A DNA stretch of 46,547 nt from Bacillota bacterium (GTDB lineage: Bacteria; Bacillota; Clostridia; Caldicoprobacterales; DTU083), in contig DAISGI010000016.1 of NCBI GenBank assembly GCA_036823195.1, positions 1-46,547 of the forward strand, written 5' to 3'. Position numbers and translations under genes: made by a program. Numbering within the stretch: the stretch's first letter is position 1; each line of letters starts with the position of its first letter. Shown here one piece after another: positions 8,731 through 18,407 of the stretch. The notes under the pieces were generated by a model that saw only the letters and a list, made by a program, of their open reading frames with translations, searched no databases and was not told where the DNA came from.

Positions 8731-9330
8731 TTACCCCCTCATATACGACGGGTCGTTTAGTCGTTGTATTGTATGCTCGCCGTTATCCTTTATTTCCATA
8801 AACGACACACCACCGGGCAGGCCGGAATACTTGAACTCCACGATGTCCGAGCCAAGCCATACTTGCTGCCAAACACTCAGTGTTACACCGTGAGAAACGA
8901 GTATGATGTTATCTGCTTCATCCGCGACAACCTCACAGCATAAATCCGACACCCTGTTCCAGAACTCACGCCACGACTCGGCACCGGGAAATTGTCGATC
9001 ATCGAATGAATTTACCGGCAGGGCATTCTCCTTCGCCCATTGAATTGTCTTTCCCACAGCTTCACCAATGTTATGTTCCCGGAGTTTTTCAAGGTATCCA
9101 ATCTCAATTCCCATATACCGGGCAAGAGGTTCTGCGGTCTGCCTTGCGCGAATTAAGTCGGAGGAATAGATTTTATAGGTTTGTCCTTTCAATTCGGCAG
9201 ACAGCTTCCGCCCGATGTTCTCTGCCTGTGCCTTTCCTAAATCGGTTAACTCCCAATCCGTCCATGAACCGACCATGCCATTATTGTGATGTACAGCTTG
9301 CGTATGCTGAATGGTGATGATGTTTTTCAT
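8731..9330 (-). CDS. Histidine phosphatase superfamily protein (phosphoglycerate-mutase-like branch).
   Basis: N-terminal IITIQHTQAVHH (the RHG-like catalytic His region) and a downstream DLIRARQTAEPLA motif. About 200 aa. RBS GGAGG 9 nt upstream. Confidence 0.65.
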   Translation of the reverse strand: MKNIITIQHTQAVHHNNGMVGSWTDWELTDLGKAQAENIGRKLSAELKGQTYKIYSSDLIRARQTAEPLARYMGIEIGYLEKLREHNIGEAVGKTIQWAKENALPVNSFDDRQFPGAESWREFWNRVSDLCCEVVADEADNIILVSHGVTLSVWQQVWLGSDIVEFKYSGLPGGVSFMEIKDNGEHTIQRLNDPSYMRG

Positions 9331-9929
9331 TCCGTATACCTCCGTATCAAAATGCTCTGCATATCGAGCGCTACTGATCCGGCAGAAGCTTTTCCATTGT
9401 TTATGGGGACTGTCAGGCCATAATGCCTGTATCTATTTCCTGCTGCGACTGCCTATATCCAGTTGTCGATGTGCTGGCAGATACACTATAGCAAGCACTT
9501 GTTCGAGATGTCAAGAAGTAAATTTCGGACAATTCATCTCCCGCCTATGCTTTCACTCTAGCGAGTAAGGTAGCTTAGAGATGGGAGACTTCTTGCTACT
9601 GTCTGTTAAAATAAACACGGGTATACCTGTTCGTATGCCCATAGAAAAGATTGAGTTTAGCTCAGATATCGGCTGGCGTTGGAGTTTGGTTTGCGCAGAG
9701 TATTCTACTGGATCATCAACCAACCTTTCCCGGCACCTCTACATGGTTTCCCACCTATTTACCGTGGTAAAGCTGTAAGAAAGATGCACTTGCATGAAAA
9801 AGGACTCTTCGATTGTCAAACGACTTTAGCGTGCTAAAGGAAAGTATGAAAATAAATATTCTTTCCTTCTTGAGGCATACTAAATTTAATCTGGTTTTTT
9901 ACCAAAAATTTGATTGGAGGATGATATCA

Positions 9930-10493
9930 ATGCAATTAACTGCTCATGAAGCGCAGGACCTGAATGAACTAACCCTCAGCTGCGTCAACTCGATCACCTG
10001 CATGGCTTTGTTTATGAACCAGGCAAAGGACCCGGAGTTGAAGTCCCTGATTCAAAAGCATTTTCCCTATCACATCAAGGACTATAATACAAAGGTGGAA
10101 TATCTGAGCAGGACAAGCGGTGCAAAAACGGGCCTTGCAGTACCGGAAATCACTCATATCCTTGACAATTATGTCCAGGGAAATCAAAATATACAGCCTG
10201 TCACCCCCAGGACCGATGTACAGCAGTTAAACGACCGTGAAATAGCTACGGCTTATCTGCTGACATTGAAAAGGGCAGGCAGGGAATATGCCTGGTCTGC
10301 AATGGAGGCAGGTAATCCGGAAATCCGGGCATTCCTGGAGGATGCTTTCAAAATGAGCTCCCATCATGCCTATGATGTCTGGCAATGGATGGTCAAAAAG
10401 GGATATTATCCATTGGAAGCCGCTCCTGCAGAAACACTTGGGACGCTGGCAAGCATGTATCATACTGTGGAACACAGCTCTGCTCTGCAATAA
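9930..10493 (+). CDS. Spore coat protein F (CotF)-like, Coat_F domain protein.
   Basis: Helical Coat_F-type pattern (LTLKRAGREYAWSAMEAGNPEIRAFLEDAF). Start chosen at the ATG 9 nt after GGAGG. The ORF track's upstream extension lacks an RBS. Confidence 0.55.
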   Translation: MQLTAHEAQDLNELTLSCVNSITCMALFMNQAKDPELKSLIQKHFPYHIKDYNTKVEYLSRTSGAKTGLAVPEITHILDNYVQGNQNIQPVTPRTDVQQLNDREIATAYLLTLKRAGREYAWSAMEAGNPEIRAFLEDAFKMSSHHAYDVWQWMVKKGYYPLEAAPAETLGTLASMYHTVEHSSALQ

Positions 10494-10525
10494 AGCGGGG
10501 TATTGAGTATTACAGCAATTAATCG

Positions 10526-10555
10526 GGAGGCTTGATCGCCTCCCTGCTGTTTTTG
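10526..10555 (+). terminator. Rho-independent terminator after the CotF-like gene.
   Basis: GGGAGGC-ttgatc-GCCTCCC followed by TGCTGTTTTT. Confidence 0.75.
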
Positions 10556-10568
10556 AAGGTGGTTTGTC

Positions 10569-11282
10569 ATGAAGCTTGTTGAAAAGTCCTATGATTATTT
10601 TTTGAGGGCTGTATTCGGGGTTTCCAACCCCGTGAAAAAGTCCATTATCCGAACCCAGTGCGAAGTTCATAAATTTATCAATTTCCAGGGACTGTTAATC
10701 CTCCGGAATGATAAGCATGAAAAGGAATACAACTTTTTCCTGAACTATATCGATGATATCAACAGAGGTGTCGTATGGGCGGATCAGGATTTCAAAAGCA
10801 CCCATCATTTTTATAACCCGTACAAGAAGAAGGGCCTGTACGGCAGGAAAAACGCAATGGATCTGGCAGTTGACTATTACTCCCGTGCTCTGGGGCTGTG
10901 GAAAGACGGAGATTTCAGTCAGTCCATGTTCTATTTCGGCGCGGCGCTGCATCTCACCCACGATATGAGCATACCACAGCACGCAAATATCCGTCTGCTG
11001 GACAACCATAAGCAGTATGAAACCTTTGTAAAGCGCTCCTATCTATATGTCCATGAGTTTCGGGCAGAAAAAGGCGCTTATCTGCTGGATACCATAGAGG
11101 AATATATCAAATTCAATGCCAGGGTGGCGCTTAAGATTTACAGGCAATTCAAGACTGTCACAAACGATGAAAAGCGTTATTATCTTATTACAAAATGCAA
11201 TCTTCCGCTGTGTCAAAGAACAACGGCAGGCGCCATGGTTATGTTCTACCAGGATATTTTCGACGAACAAAGTATTCAGTAA
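10569..11282 (+). CDS. Zinc-dependent phospholipase C family protein (Zn_dep_PLPC fold), cytoplasmic.
   Basis: FYFGAALHLTHDMSIPQHAN matches the B. cereus PLC FYLGLSLHYLGDVNQPMHAAN zinc-ligand block. A WADQDFKSTHHFYNPY block is also present. There is no signal peptide. Confidence 0.6.
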   Translation: MKLVEKSYDYFLRAVFGVSNPVKKSIIRTQCEVHKFINFQGLLILRNDKHEKEYNFFLNYIDDINRGVVWADQDFKSTHHFYNPYKKKGLYGRKNAMDLAVDYYSRALGLWKDGDFSQSMFYFGAALHLTHDMSIPQHANIRLLDNHKQYETFVKRSYLYVHEFRAEKGAYLLDTIEEYIKFNARVALKIYRQFKTVTNDEKRYYLITKCNLPLCQRTTAGAMVMFYQDIFDEQSIQ

Positions 11283-11324
11283 CGCCGATGGGAAACGGAA
11301 TATGGGCTTAACAGAATTCAATGT

Positions 11325-11353
11325 TTGAATCAATGTAAAATCGCTTATATATA
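11325..11353 (+). promoter_or_regulatory. Sigma-A-like promoter for the OsmC gene (TTGAAT-17-TATATA). An overlapping palindrome ATTCAA-tgt-TTGAAT lies at 11316..11330.
   Basis: Hexamers with 17-bp spacing, about 35 nt upstream of the OsmC RBS. The 15-bp palindrome overlaps the -35. Confidence 0.4.
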
Positions 11354-11386
11354 TTTTATCACGATCATATGGAGGTGTGTTGAGCT

Positions 11387-11806
11387 ATGGGATATACAAA
11401 AATAGAAGCCCGGCGAACAGGCAACATGGCGTTCGAAATGGAACTGGATGGGCACCGGCTCATAACAGATGCCAGTAAAGAGGCAGGCGGAAATGACCTT
11501 GGCCCCAGCCCGAAAAAGCTTCTCCTGGCCGGACTGATCGGTTGCACAGGGATCGACGTAGCATCCATGATAAAAAAGATGAAAATAGACCTGGAGGACT
11601 TGAATATAGAAGTGGAAGCAGACAGTTCAGAGGAGCACCCGAAGGTTTACACCCGCATTCATCTCACTTATCGGTTCAAGGGAAAGAACCTTCCAAAAGA
11701 AAAACTGGAACGGGCTGTAACACTTTCGCAGGAAAAATACTGCGGAGTCTCCGCCATGCTTCAGAAAGCAGCTCCGGTAACATATGATATCGTCATTGAG
11801 GAGTAA
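11387..11806 (+). CDS. OsmC/Ohr family peroxiredoxin-like protein.
   Basis: Two conserved Cys contexts (LIGCTGID and QEKYCGVSAML). About 139 aa. RBS GGAGG. Confidence 0.8.
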   Translation: MGYTKIEARRTGNMAFEMELDGHRLITDASKEAGGNDLGPSPKKLLLAGLIGCTGIDVASMIKKMKIDLEDLNIEVEADSSEEHPKVYTRIHLTYRFKGKNLPKEKLERAVTLSQEKYCGVSAMLQKAAPVTYDIVIEE

Positions 11807-11833
11807 TGCACACTCGTGCATTACTCCTTTTAT
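11799..11833. terminator. Bidirectional rho-independent terminator between the convergent OsmC and VOC genes.
   Basis: Perfect palindrome GAGGAGTAATGCAC-actc-GTGCATTACTCC followed by TTTT. An A-tract on the other side serves the opposite strand. Confidence 0.75.
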
Positions 11834-11873
11834 CATTGTTTGATTTTCCCGACAATGGTTTTCAAGCCTGATA

Positions 11874-12287
11874 TCAGCTTTTGGCCTGAAGGGAATCCGG
11901 GCTCATCTGCATAAATTCAATTCTGTTGCCATCAGGGTCCTTTGCCCAGCATTGATAGTTCAAGTCCGTGCCTTGCTTTGGTTCAGCGTCGAGGATTATC
12001 CCCTTTTCCTTAAGGGAGTCTGCAACCATATCAATATCATCTACTGTGAGGCAGAGATGGGAATATCCAATCATCCCGGATGGTGTCTCAGGTCTTGCCT
12101 GTCCGCCGTAAAACAATTCTATAAATTGTCCCTCTGTAACCTTTATGTAGACAATCCAGGGTTCTCCCTTGTCGTTATTCAGCTCGAATGCTTTTTTGAA
12201 ACCGAGAATGTCGCAGTAAAAATGAATCGACTCTTCCATATTGCCCACTGTAAATGCCAGGTGGCCTATGCCTGTTATCATCAACAT
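11874..12287 (-). CDS. VOC (glyoxalase / bleomycin resistance / dioxygenase) family protein.
   Basis: GIGHLAFTVGNMEESIHFYCDILGF and HLCLTVDDID. Typical ~135-aa paired beta-alpha-beta-beta-beta modules. Confidence 0.75.
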   Translation of the reverse strand: MLMITGIGHLAFTVGNMEESIHFYCDILGFKKAFELNNDKGEPWIVYIKVTEGQFIELFYGGQARPETPSGMIGYSHLCLTVDDIDMVADSLKEKGIILDAEPKQGTDLNYQCWAKDPDGNRIEFMQMSPDSLQAKS

Positions 12288-12407
12288 GACTCCCCCTATT
12301 TCTTATTTTAGACAAATCCTGTTTACAGTATATACCTAAAAGACATATATTAACAAGCCTTAATTTTGATTCTACTGCAACAAGACGTTATGTTTCATAC
12401 TATTCTT

Positions 12408-14426
12408 TTAGCACCACTTTAACGCTTGCAGCGTATCTACCGGTGCGGCACAGGAATTTCCGCTGCACAAATAAAACTGTGGATGTCCTGCCGTGACGGG
12501 GTATTCTTTCGTATAGGGCGCAAGCTCCGCGAGCTCCTGTCCATTCCCCGGAGATTTTACCACGACTGTAAGATTTGACTTTACAGCCGCCAGTTTACGA
12601 AGCTCCCTGAGATCTTCCTGCTCCGGCGACAACGCGATCAGTTCCTGAGAGGGATTCAATGCATCCATAAAAGCCAGCATGGCGAAGCCATGACCCGATG
12701 GATACTGCCCCGACGTACCTGCAAGATATCGGAGCTGTTTCTGGGAACGCTCCTGCCATTTTTCTTCTCCCGTGATTTTATAAAGCTTACCAAGCACATA
12801 AGCCGCAACGGAATTACCCGACGGCATTGCGCCATCGTAAGTTTCCTTTGGACGAAGGATGAGCCGCTCGTCGTCTCTGGCATACAGATAAAAACCTCCT
12901 TCCGTATTGTCAAAAAAACGGTCGCACATCGTATCGGCGAGCCGGACCGCCTTTTTAAGATACCGGATATCGAAAATCGCCTGATACAGCATCAGCTCCG
13001 CCCAAGCTGCAAATGCGTAGTCTTCCAGCTTGCCGTATCCGGCGCTTGCGCCTTCACGCCAGCGCACAAACAGCTTATCGTCCCGGGAAAGCTGCTCCTT
13101 TAGAAATCGTTCCGCCTTTTGTGCCGTATCGAGATACCGATTCTCATCCAGGATAAGATATGCTTTTACACAGGCCGTGATCATCAGCGCGTTCCAGGAA
13201 GTCAGGCATTTATCGTCCTTATGCAGAAATGTCCGCCGGTCACGATAGGACAGCAATTTCTCGCAGCAGCGGTCCATCGTCGGGTTAATTTCCCTGTAGT
13301 TCGCATTTTCCACCAAATTGAGAATATTCTTTCCCTCGAAGTTGCCCTGTTCCGTTATATCAAACCATTCGCAAAACTCCCTGCCGCGATTTTCGCCTAA
13401 AATATTCAATATCTCCTGCGGGATGAACAAATAATACTTTCCTTCTTCGCCATCGCTGTCGGCATCCTGCCCGCAGTAAAATCCGCCCTCCGGAGCGGTC
13501 AGCTCCCGTGAGACATAATCCAATGTTTTCCTTACGATATGCGTATAAAGAGACTCTTTGGTCTGGACGTAAGCATTCAGATATGCCATTACAAGCAGCG
13601 CATTGTCATAGAGTGTTTTCTCAAAATGCGGGACAAGCCATTTTTCATCGGTGGAGTACCGCGAAAATCCGCCGCCGATATGATCAAACAGCCCGCCCCG
13701 ATACATGCCATCCAGTGTGTGCAGCACCATTTCGCTTGCTGTGGGATTTTCTTCCTTCGCATACCGCAGCAAAAACAGAAGATTATGTGCCGCCGGAAAT
13801 TTCGGTGCTGCTCCGAAGCCGCCGAATCGGCTGTCATAGGAATGTTCAAAGGCACTGAACGCCTCATAAAGCAGATTTTTCTCCGGCTCCTGTACGTGTC
13901 CCGTTCTATCCTGTTCCCGCATCGCTTCCACAATCTGTTCGCAACTCTCCAGCAGCCGATTTCGGGAAGTCTTCCACAACTCCGATACCTTTAACAGCAG
14001 TTCTGTCAGCCCGGTCATCCCGTACCGGCTGTTTTTCGGCAAATAAGCCGCGGCATAAAACGGCCGCTTTTCTGTATCCAAAAGGAGAGTGAGGGGCCAT
14101 CCTCCCTGTCCTGTCAGTGCCTGACATATTGCCATATAGACCGCATCCACATCCGGGCGTTCCTCCCGGTCCACCTTGACGGAGACGAACGATCGGTTCA
14201 GTATTCCGGCTACGGCCTGATCCTCAAACGATTCCCGCCCCATGACATGGCACCAATGACAAGTGGAATAACCTATGGACAGAAAGATGGGCTTGTCCTC
14301 CTGTTTCGCTTTTGCAAAGGCTTCCTCGCACCATGGCCACCAATCCACAGGATTATAAGCGTGTTGGAGCAGATAAGGCGATTTCTCATTCACCAATCTA
14401 TTGGGTATTTTTGTTGAATTCGTCAC
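12408..14426 (-). CDS. Thioredoxin-domain protein of the YyaL / spermatogenesis-associated-20 family (DUF255 plus six-hairpin glycosidase-like domain).
   Basis: N-terminal [46 protein letters not shown] (CxxC). Length 672 aa. GTG start with AAAGGTGG RBS at 9-nt spacing. Confidence 0.85.
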   Translation of the reverse strand: MTNSTKIPNRLVNEKSPYLLQHAYNPVDWWPWCEEAFAKAKQEDKPIFLSIGYSTCHWCHVMGRESFEDQAVAGILNRSFVSVKVDREERPDVDAVYMAICQALTGQGGWPLTLLLDTEKRPFYAAAYLPKNSRYGMTGLTELLLKVSELWKTSRNRLLESCEQIVEAMREQDRTGHVQEPEKNLLYEAFSAFEHSYDSRFGGFGAAPKFPAAHNLLFLLRYAKEENPTASEMVLHTLDGMYRGGLFDHIGGGFSRYSTDEKWLVPHFEKTLYDNALLVMAYLNAYVQTKESLYTHIVRKTLDYVSRELTAPEGGFYCGQDADSDGEEGKYYLFIPQEILNILGENRGREFCEWFDITEQGNFEGKNILNLVENANYREINPTMDRCCEKLLSYRDRRTFLHKDDKCLTSWNALMITACVKAYLILDENRYLDTAQKAERFLKEQLSRDDKLFVRWREGASAGYGKLEDYAFAAWAELMLYQAIFDIRYLKKAVRLADTMCDRFFDNTEGGFYLYARDDERLILRPKETYDGAMPSGNSVAAYVLGKLYKITGEEKWQERSQKQLRYLAGTSGQYPSGHGFAMLAFMDALNPSQELIALSPEQEDLRELRKLAAVKSNLTVVVKSPGNGQELAELAPYTKEYPVTAGHPQFYLCSGNSCAAPVDTLQALKWC

Positions 14427-14633
14427 AGAGCATAGCCACCTTTATTTCATAGAATTATAGAGTTAGTATGCTCGAAAACAGAATATTAATGATAGATACT
14501 TCTTCTTCAAGAAATAGACTGTCAATCCATTCATGAAAGTTCTATTTGACGCCGCCTGCTTTTGATTTACCCCTGTACCTGCCGGAACACGGATGCTCTT
14601 CACGAAGCATTTGGGTTCCGCACGGATTATGAA

Positions 14634-14681
14634 GACGGTTTTCCTGTATCTTCCTGACAAAATGGAAGAGGGAAAACCGTC
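14634..14681. terminator. Long near-perfect hairpin (11-bp plus 5-bp stems). Candidate terminator for the upstream minus-strand ABC operon, or another structured element.
   Basis: GACGGTTTTCC-tgtat-CTTCC-tgacaaaatg-GGAAG-ag-GGAAAACCGTC. The T-rich tract is only on the plus side. The minus-side U-tract is weak. Confidence 0.35.
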
Positions 14682-14728
14682 TCCGTTTATCCTTTCGTTT
14701 ATTCTTCCGTTAATCCTTCTGTTAGTCC

Positions 14729-15478
14729 CTACTGCTTGATAACGGCATGCCGCATGAGAAGGTAGGAACAAAGCGCCAGGACGCCGAAGCCGATGAAAAA
14801 GCTCAGCATGGCAATATAAGGATTGATTGTCAGCCCGATGCCCATTGCTCTGCTTAAAAAGTCAGATATAGAATGAAGGAATGCGCCGTTCGTCGTCCTT
14901 TCGATATAAGGCTCCACTACAAACACCACAATAAAAGGTATAACTGACACGATATACTTCATGATGGTATTGCTGCGGTAGTAAATCAAGTTGATGCAGA
15001 AGCCCAGCATTGCCATTGCAGCATATAGGAAGGCGCACCAAAGGAACTGCTCGGCAATCATCTGAATATGGTCCATCAGGGTCAATCCGGCTGAAAAGCT
15101 GCTGTAGCGCCCCCCATAAATGCCCAGATACAAGGAACTGGAGGAAAAGAATATATTTACGAGCTTTTCTATTATCACATCCATTGCAGCCATAAAAACT
15201 CCCAGTGTGGCAGCGGCTGCTGTAAAACTGATGAACTGTGTCCTTCTGGACACTCCGTTTGTTAACCCGAACTGGAAGTTGGATTTAAATAAATTCAACC
15301 CCAATATGAAGATAAATATGAGGGATGATATCTCCATACCGTTGATCGTGTCTTCTCCATTGGCAGATATGACCGTTATAGCGAACAGCATATAGACAGC
15401 AACGACAATCCCGTAAAAGACAGCAAGGGATTTCTTACTGTCACTAAGATAAAAAGCATACATATTTTTCACATTCAT
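14729..15478 (-). CDS. ABC-2 type transporter permease (multi-TM).
   Basis: Six hydrophobic segments. Lies 14 nt downstream of the ABC ATPase on the same strand. Confidence 0.7.
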   Translation of the reverse strand: MNVKNMYAFYLSDSKKSLAVFYGIVVAVYMLFAITVISANGEDTINGMEISSLIFIFILGLNLFKSNFQFGLTNGVSRRTQFISFTAAAATLGVFMAAMDVIIEKLVNIFFSSSSLYLGIYGGRYSSFSAGLTLMDHIQMIAEQFLWCAFLYAAMAMLGFCINLIYYRSNTIMKYIVSVIPFIVVFVVEPYIERTTNGAFLHSISDFLSRAMGIGLTINPYIAMLSFFIGFGVLALCSYLLMRHAVIKQ

Positions 15479-15491
15479 GGTTTTATCCTCC

Positions 15492-16343
15492 TTAGGAGTT
15501 CGTCAGATGAATAAACATCTTCTGAAGATTTAGTTTCGAAAGTTCCAGTCCGTCCGGAACAGGGCTTTCCGGCATCTCATCAAACAGGTAGGCTGATTTT
15601 AACCCTCCGATGACATCCGATCCGATTACCTGTTTCCCGGGAAGAAACGCATCTACCCGCCCGATAGGTCCGGATATCGTATACCCCTTTTTCAGCACAT
15701 TCTCCACGCTGTCCTGCAGGATGACTTGCCCTTCCTTTAATATGATGACTTCTTCGATAATGTCCGCTGCTTCTTCGATAAGGTGGGTGGATATCACGAT
15801 TGTCCTCGGATTTTCACTATAGCTGGATATCAGCTCCCTGTAAAATAGATCCCGGTGATAGGCATCCAGGCCAAGTACCGGTTCATCCAGTAAAACCGTT
15901 TCCGTATTGCAGGATAATGCAATCACCATCTTAAAAATAGAAGCATACCCCGTTGACAGACTCTTCATTTTTTTATTTACATTAAGCTCAAACTTTCCGG
16001 ACAACTCCAGTGCATACTTCATGTCAAAGCCTGGATGAAACTTCTTCGTCCATTTATAGGCAGTCTTAACCTGCATGGACTCCGGATACATATTTTTCTC
16101 TGTCATACAGTAAATCCTGGACAGAACCCGATCATTTTCCCGGACGGGCTGCCCTTCCAGCAAAATTTCCCCACTGGTTGGAAACAGCTTGTTGGTCATC
16201 AGGTTCATAAGTGTGGACTTACCGGCGCCATTTCTGCCCAGCAGGCCGTATATCCTGTTTTTCTCCAAAGTGATACTGACATTCTTCAACGCAGCTGTGG
16301 AGCCAAAGCACTTCTCTACATTGCGGATCTCTATAAAGCTCAC
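15492..16343 (-). CDS. ABC transporter ATP-binding protein.
   Basis: Walker A GLLGRNGAGKST. LSTGY ABC signature. Walker B VLLDEP. Overlaps the GntR gene by 4 nt. Confidence 0.85.
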   Translation of the reverse strand: MSFIEIRNVEKCFGSTAALKNVSITLEKNRIYGLLGRNGAGKSTLMNLMTNKLFPTSGEILLEGQPVRENDRVLSRIYCMTEKNMYPESMQVKTAYKWTKKFHPGFDMKYALELSGKFELNVNKKMKSLSTGYASIFKMVIALSCNTETVLLDEPVLGLDAYHRDLFYRELISSYSENPRTIVISTHLIEEAADIIEEVIILKEGQVILQDSVENVLKKGYTISGPIGRVDAFLPGKQVIGSDVIGGLKSAYLFDEMPESPVPDGLELSKLNLQKMFIHLTNS

Positions 16344-16708
16344 CTGTCATACCCTCTTTCTATCATTTTAATAATTTCTGCCTTTCCAATACTTAGCTTT
16401 TCCGCCTCCGACAAGAGCGAAAGAATATATCTGTCATAAAAGGAATGCTTCCGCTTTCCAAGTATTTTCTTTTTCGCACCGGTTGCTACAAACATTCCGA
16501 TCCCCCTCTTTTTATATACGATACCTTCCTCAACCAGCATATTGATCCCCTTTAAAGCTGTTGCCGGATTGATCCGGTACATGACTGACAGCTCCGTTGT
16601 GGAAGGTATCTGCGTTTCTTCCGAAAATCCCTCATTCAGGATGGCGTCCTCCAGCCCCTCCGCCAGCTGGATATAAATTGGCTTTTCATTGTTGAAATCG
16701 ATAAGCAT
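16340..16708 (-). CDS. GntR family transcriptional regulator (YtrA-like, short C-terminus).
   Basis: wHTH region (QIPSTTELSVMYRINPATALKGINMLVEEGIVYKKRGIGMFV). 122 aa. First gene of a GntR-ATPase-permease operon. Confidence 0.8.
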   Translation of the reverse strand: MLIDFNNEKPIYIQLAEGLEDAILNEGFSEETQIPSTTELSVMYRINPATALKGINMLVEEGIVYKKRGIGMFVATGAKKKILGKRKHSFYDRYILSLLSEAEKLSIGKAEIIKMIERGYDR

Positions 16709-17015
16709 CCAATCCCTCCCTTCGCTTTTCGCATTTCGATTTGTGAGATATGCTAAGCTTCTGTTTTTCAGATGTTAGTCATATACTTCATTGGTTGATT
16801 ACTCGTGTAACTAACTATAAAGGCTTGAAGGCATATTGTCAATAGGTTTTCATATAATTTTTAGAGCTTTTTAAGCTTCCCGGCGGCACTTTCAGTCCTT
16901 ATTTCGGACTGATGAAATCAAACAACGGGTTTTATAAAACAGTATCCCGCTATCCCGTCTGAGCTTTTTACTGCTCCCAAAATTGCGTTATTTCCAGTCA
17001 TAAAAATAATCCTCC

Positions 17016-17801
17016 TTATAAGGTTGCCATCTTTTCAAGTTCAGCTATATACAGCCCTACATCCTCCGGGCAATGCGCGTCGGACGCAGTTTGTATCTTT
17101 ACGTTATGCGACCTGAGGGACTTTATCAAACCCTCAGCCATGCCAAGTTCCGCTGTTTCAGGAAACCGTCTGTATGAGCCACTGTTCTGTTCAGCGTACA
17201 TATTATTTTCCGCCAGAGCGGAAGCAAGCTGGTCATAATATTCGGTAAGGGGAAATGATGGCTTATGGCCAAATAGCTTAATGCAGTCAGGATGCGCTAT
17301 GCCACTGTATATGCTGCTGTTAGCAAGGTCAACACTTATTTCAAAATAACGGCGATATGCTTTATCGACATCGACGCCCTGCCAATGCTCCGGTTGGTGG
17401 TCGTAGGCAAAGCCATCGATAAAGTGAACGCTGCCGACCAGGAAATCGAGCCCGGAATCTTTTGTATTTTGGTAGACTAAATTCTCGAACTCTTTGAAAT
17501 AGCAAACCTCTAAGCCGAACTTAATCTTGATACCGTTGTCTTTTTGTCTGACTTTTTCGACCAGATGCAAGTAGTCGGACAAATCCAACACTCCAGCTTT
17601 TCTGTGGAACCATTTGTCAATGTAATCGCTGTACGCGCAAACATCATCGTACATGGAAACAAACTCACGAAAACGGTAGCAATGCTCTAACAGCCAGATT
17701 TCATCAAGTTTCCTTTCCTTGGCTGTTTGGACGAATTGGTTAATCCAATCCATAGTATATTTGCCTCGCTCAATATGAATATGGCAATCAAGCATTGTCA
17801 T
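17016..17801 (-). CDS. PHP-domain phosphoesterase (histidinol-phosphatase HisJ-like family).
   Basis: N-terminal MLDCHIHIERG (PHP metal-binding His pair) and later GIAHPD. RBS AAAGGAAGGGG 7 nt upstream of the ATG. Confidence 0.65.
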   Translation of the reverse strand: MTMLDCHIHIERGKYTMDWINQFVQTAKERKLDEIWLLEHCYRFREFVSMYDDVCAYSDYIDKWFHRKAGVLDLSDYLHLVEKVRQKDNGIKIKFGLEVCYFKEFENLVYQNTKDSGLDFLVGSVHFIDGFAYDHQPEHWQGVDVDKAYRRYFEISVDLANSSIYSGIAHPDCIKLFGHKPSFPLTEYYDQLASALAENNMYAEQNSGSYRRFPETAELGMAEGLIKSLRSHNVKIQTASDAHCPEDVGLYIAELEKMATL

Positions 17802-18079
17802 CTCCACACCCCTTCCTTTATATAGCGGTTGGCCCGCTCGTGGGCATTCTCCACAATGCCGCTGTCAAAACCTATCATTCGTAAAAGATTAATGGCATTG
17901 CGTGACTCCGCAGGACCTTTCCGGAGAACATAATCGAACAGCATAGTCTCCTCCCGCACCGTTTCCTCAAAGTGGTACAAGCGATAGCGGCCTTTCAGCA
18001 GAGAGCACAGTTCAATATCATGGGTCGCCGCCCGTATCGCAATCCGCCCTTGATGGGAATTTACGCTCTGATGTTTCAT
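17798..18079 (-). CDS. Hypothetical 93-aa protein, translationally coupled to the PHP gene.
   Basis: The stop TGA overlaps the ATG of the PHP gene (ATGA). An AGGAA RBS is present. No recognisable domain. Confidence 0.4.
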   Translation of the reverse strand: MKHQSVNSHQGRIAIRAATHDIELCSLLKGRYRLYHFEETVREETMLFDYVLRKGPAESRNAINLLRMIGFDSGIVENAHERANRYIKEGVWR

Positions 18080-18344
18080 TTGTTCCTATGCTTTGTGTAT
18101 ACGTGATACCTGATTTGCTTCAAACCTTTCTCTTTATCCTTTTTATCTTCAACTTTTTCAATCGCAACTCCACTGATTAATGATTCTACTTTTCTCCAGA
18201 TTTTCCTGCAACAAAAAAATGGAGGATGGATATCCGATTTAGATCCTATAGATTCTGCTGTCAGGCGAAAATAACGGAAAAATAAAAAGGCACTGCAGGA
18301 CGAACAGGAAAGAAAATAACAGCATAATGATCGGTATGGACGGA

Positions 18345-18375
18345 TCCCAAGGCTTATAGGCTTTGGGATTTTTTG
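18345..18375 (+). terminator. Orphan plus-strand rho-independent terminator. No plus-strand gene lies upstream.
   Basis: CCCAAGGC-ttatag-GCTTTGGG (8 bp, one G-U) followed by ATTTTTTG. Confidence 0.5.
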
Positions 18376-18407
18376 CGTCCAGTATGCGTTTGATGGAGGG
18401 AAGAAAA

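Noticed and set aside
16787-16810. Imperfect palindrome TTACTCGTGTAA upstream of the GntR gene, as a possible YtrA-type operator.
   Set aside because: Only 10 of 12 positions are symmetric and a single site is seen. It cannot be supported without comparative data.
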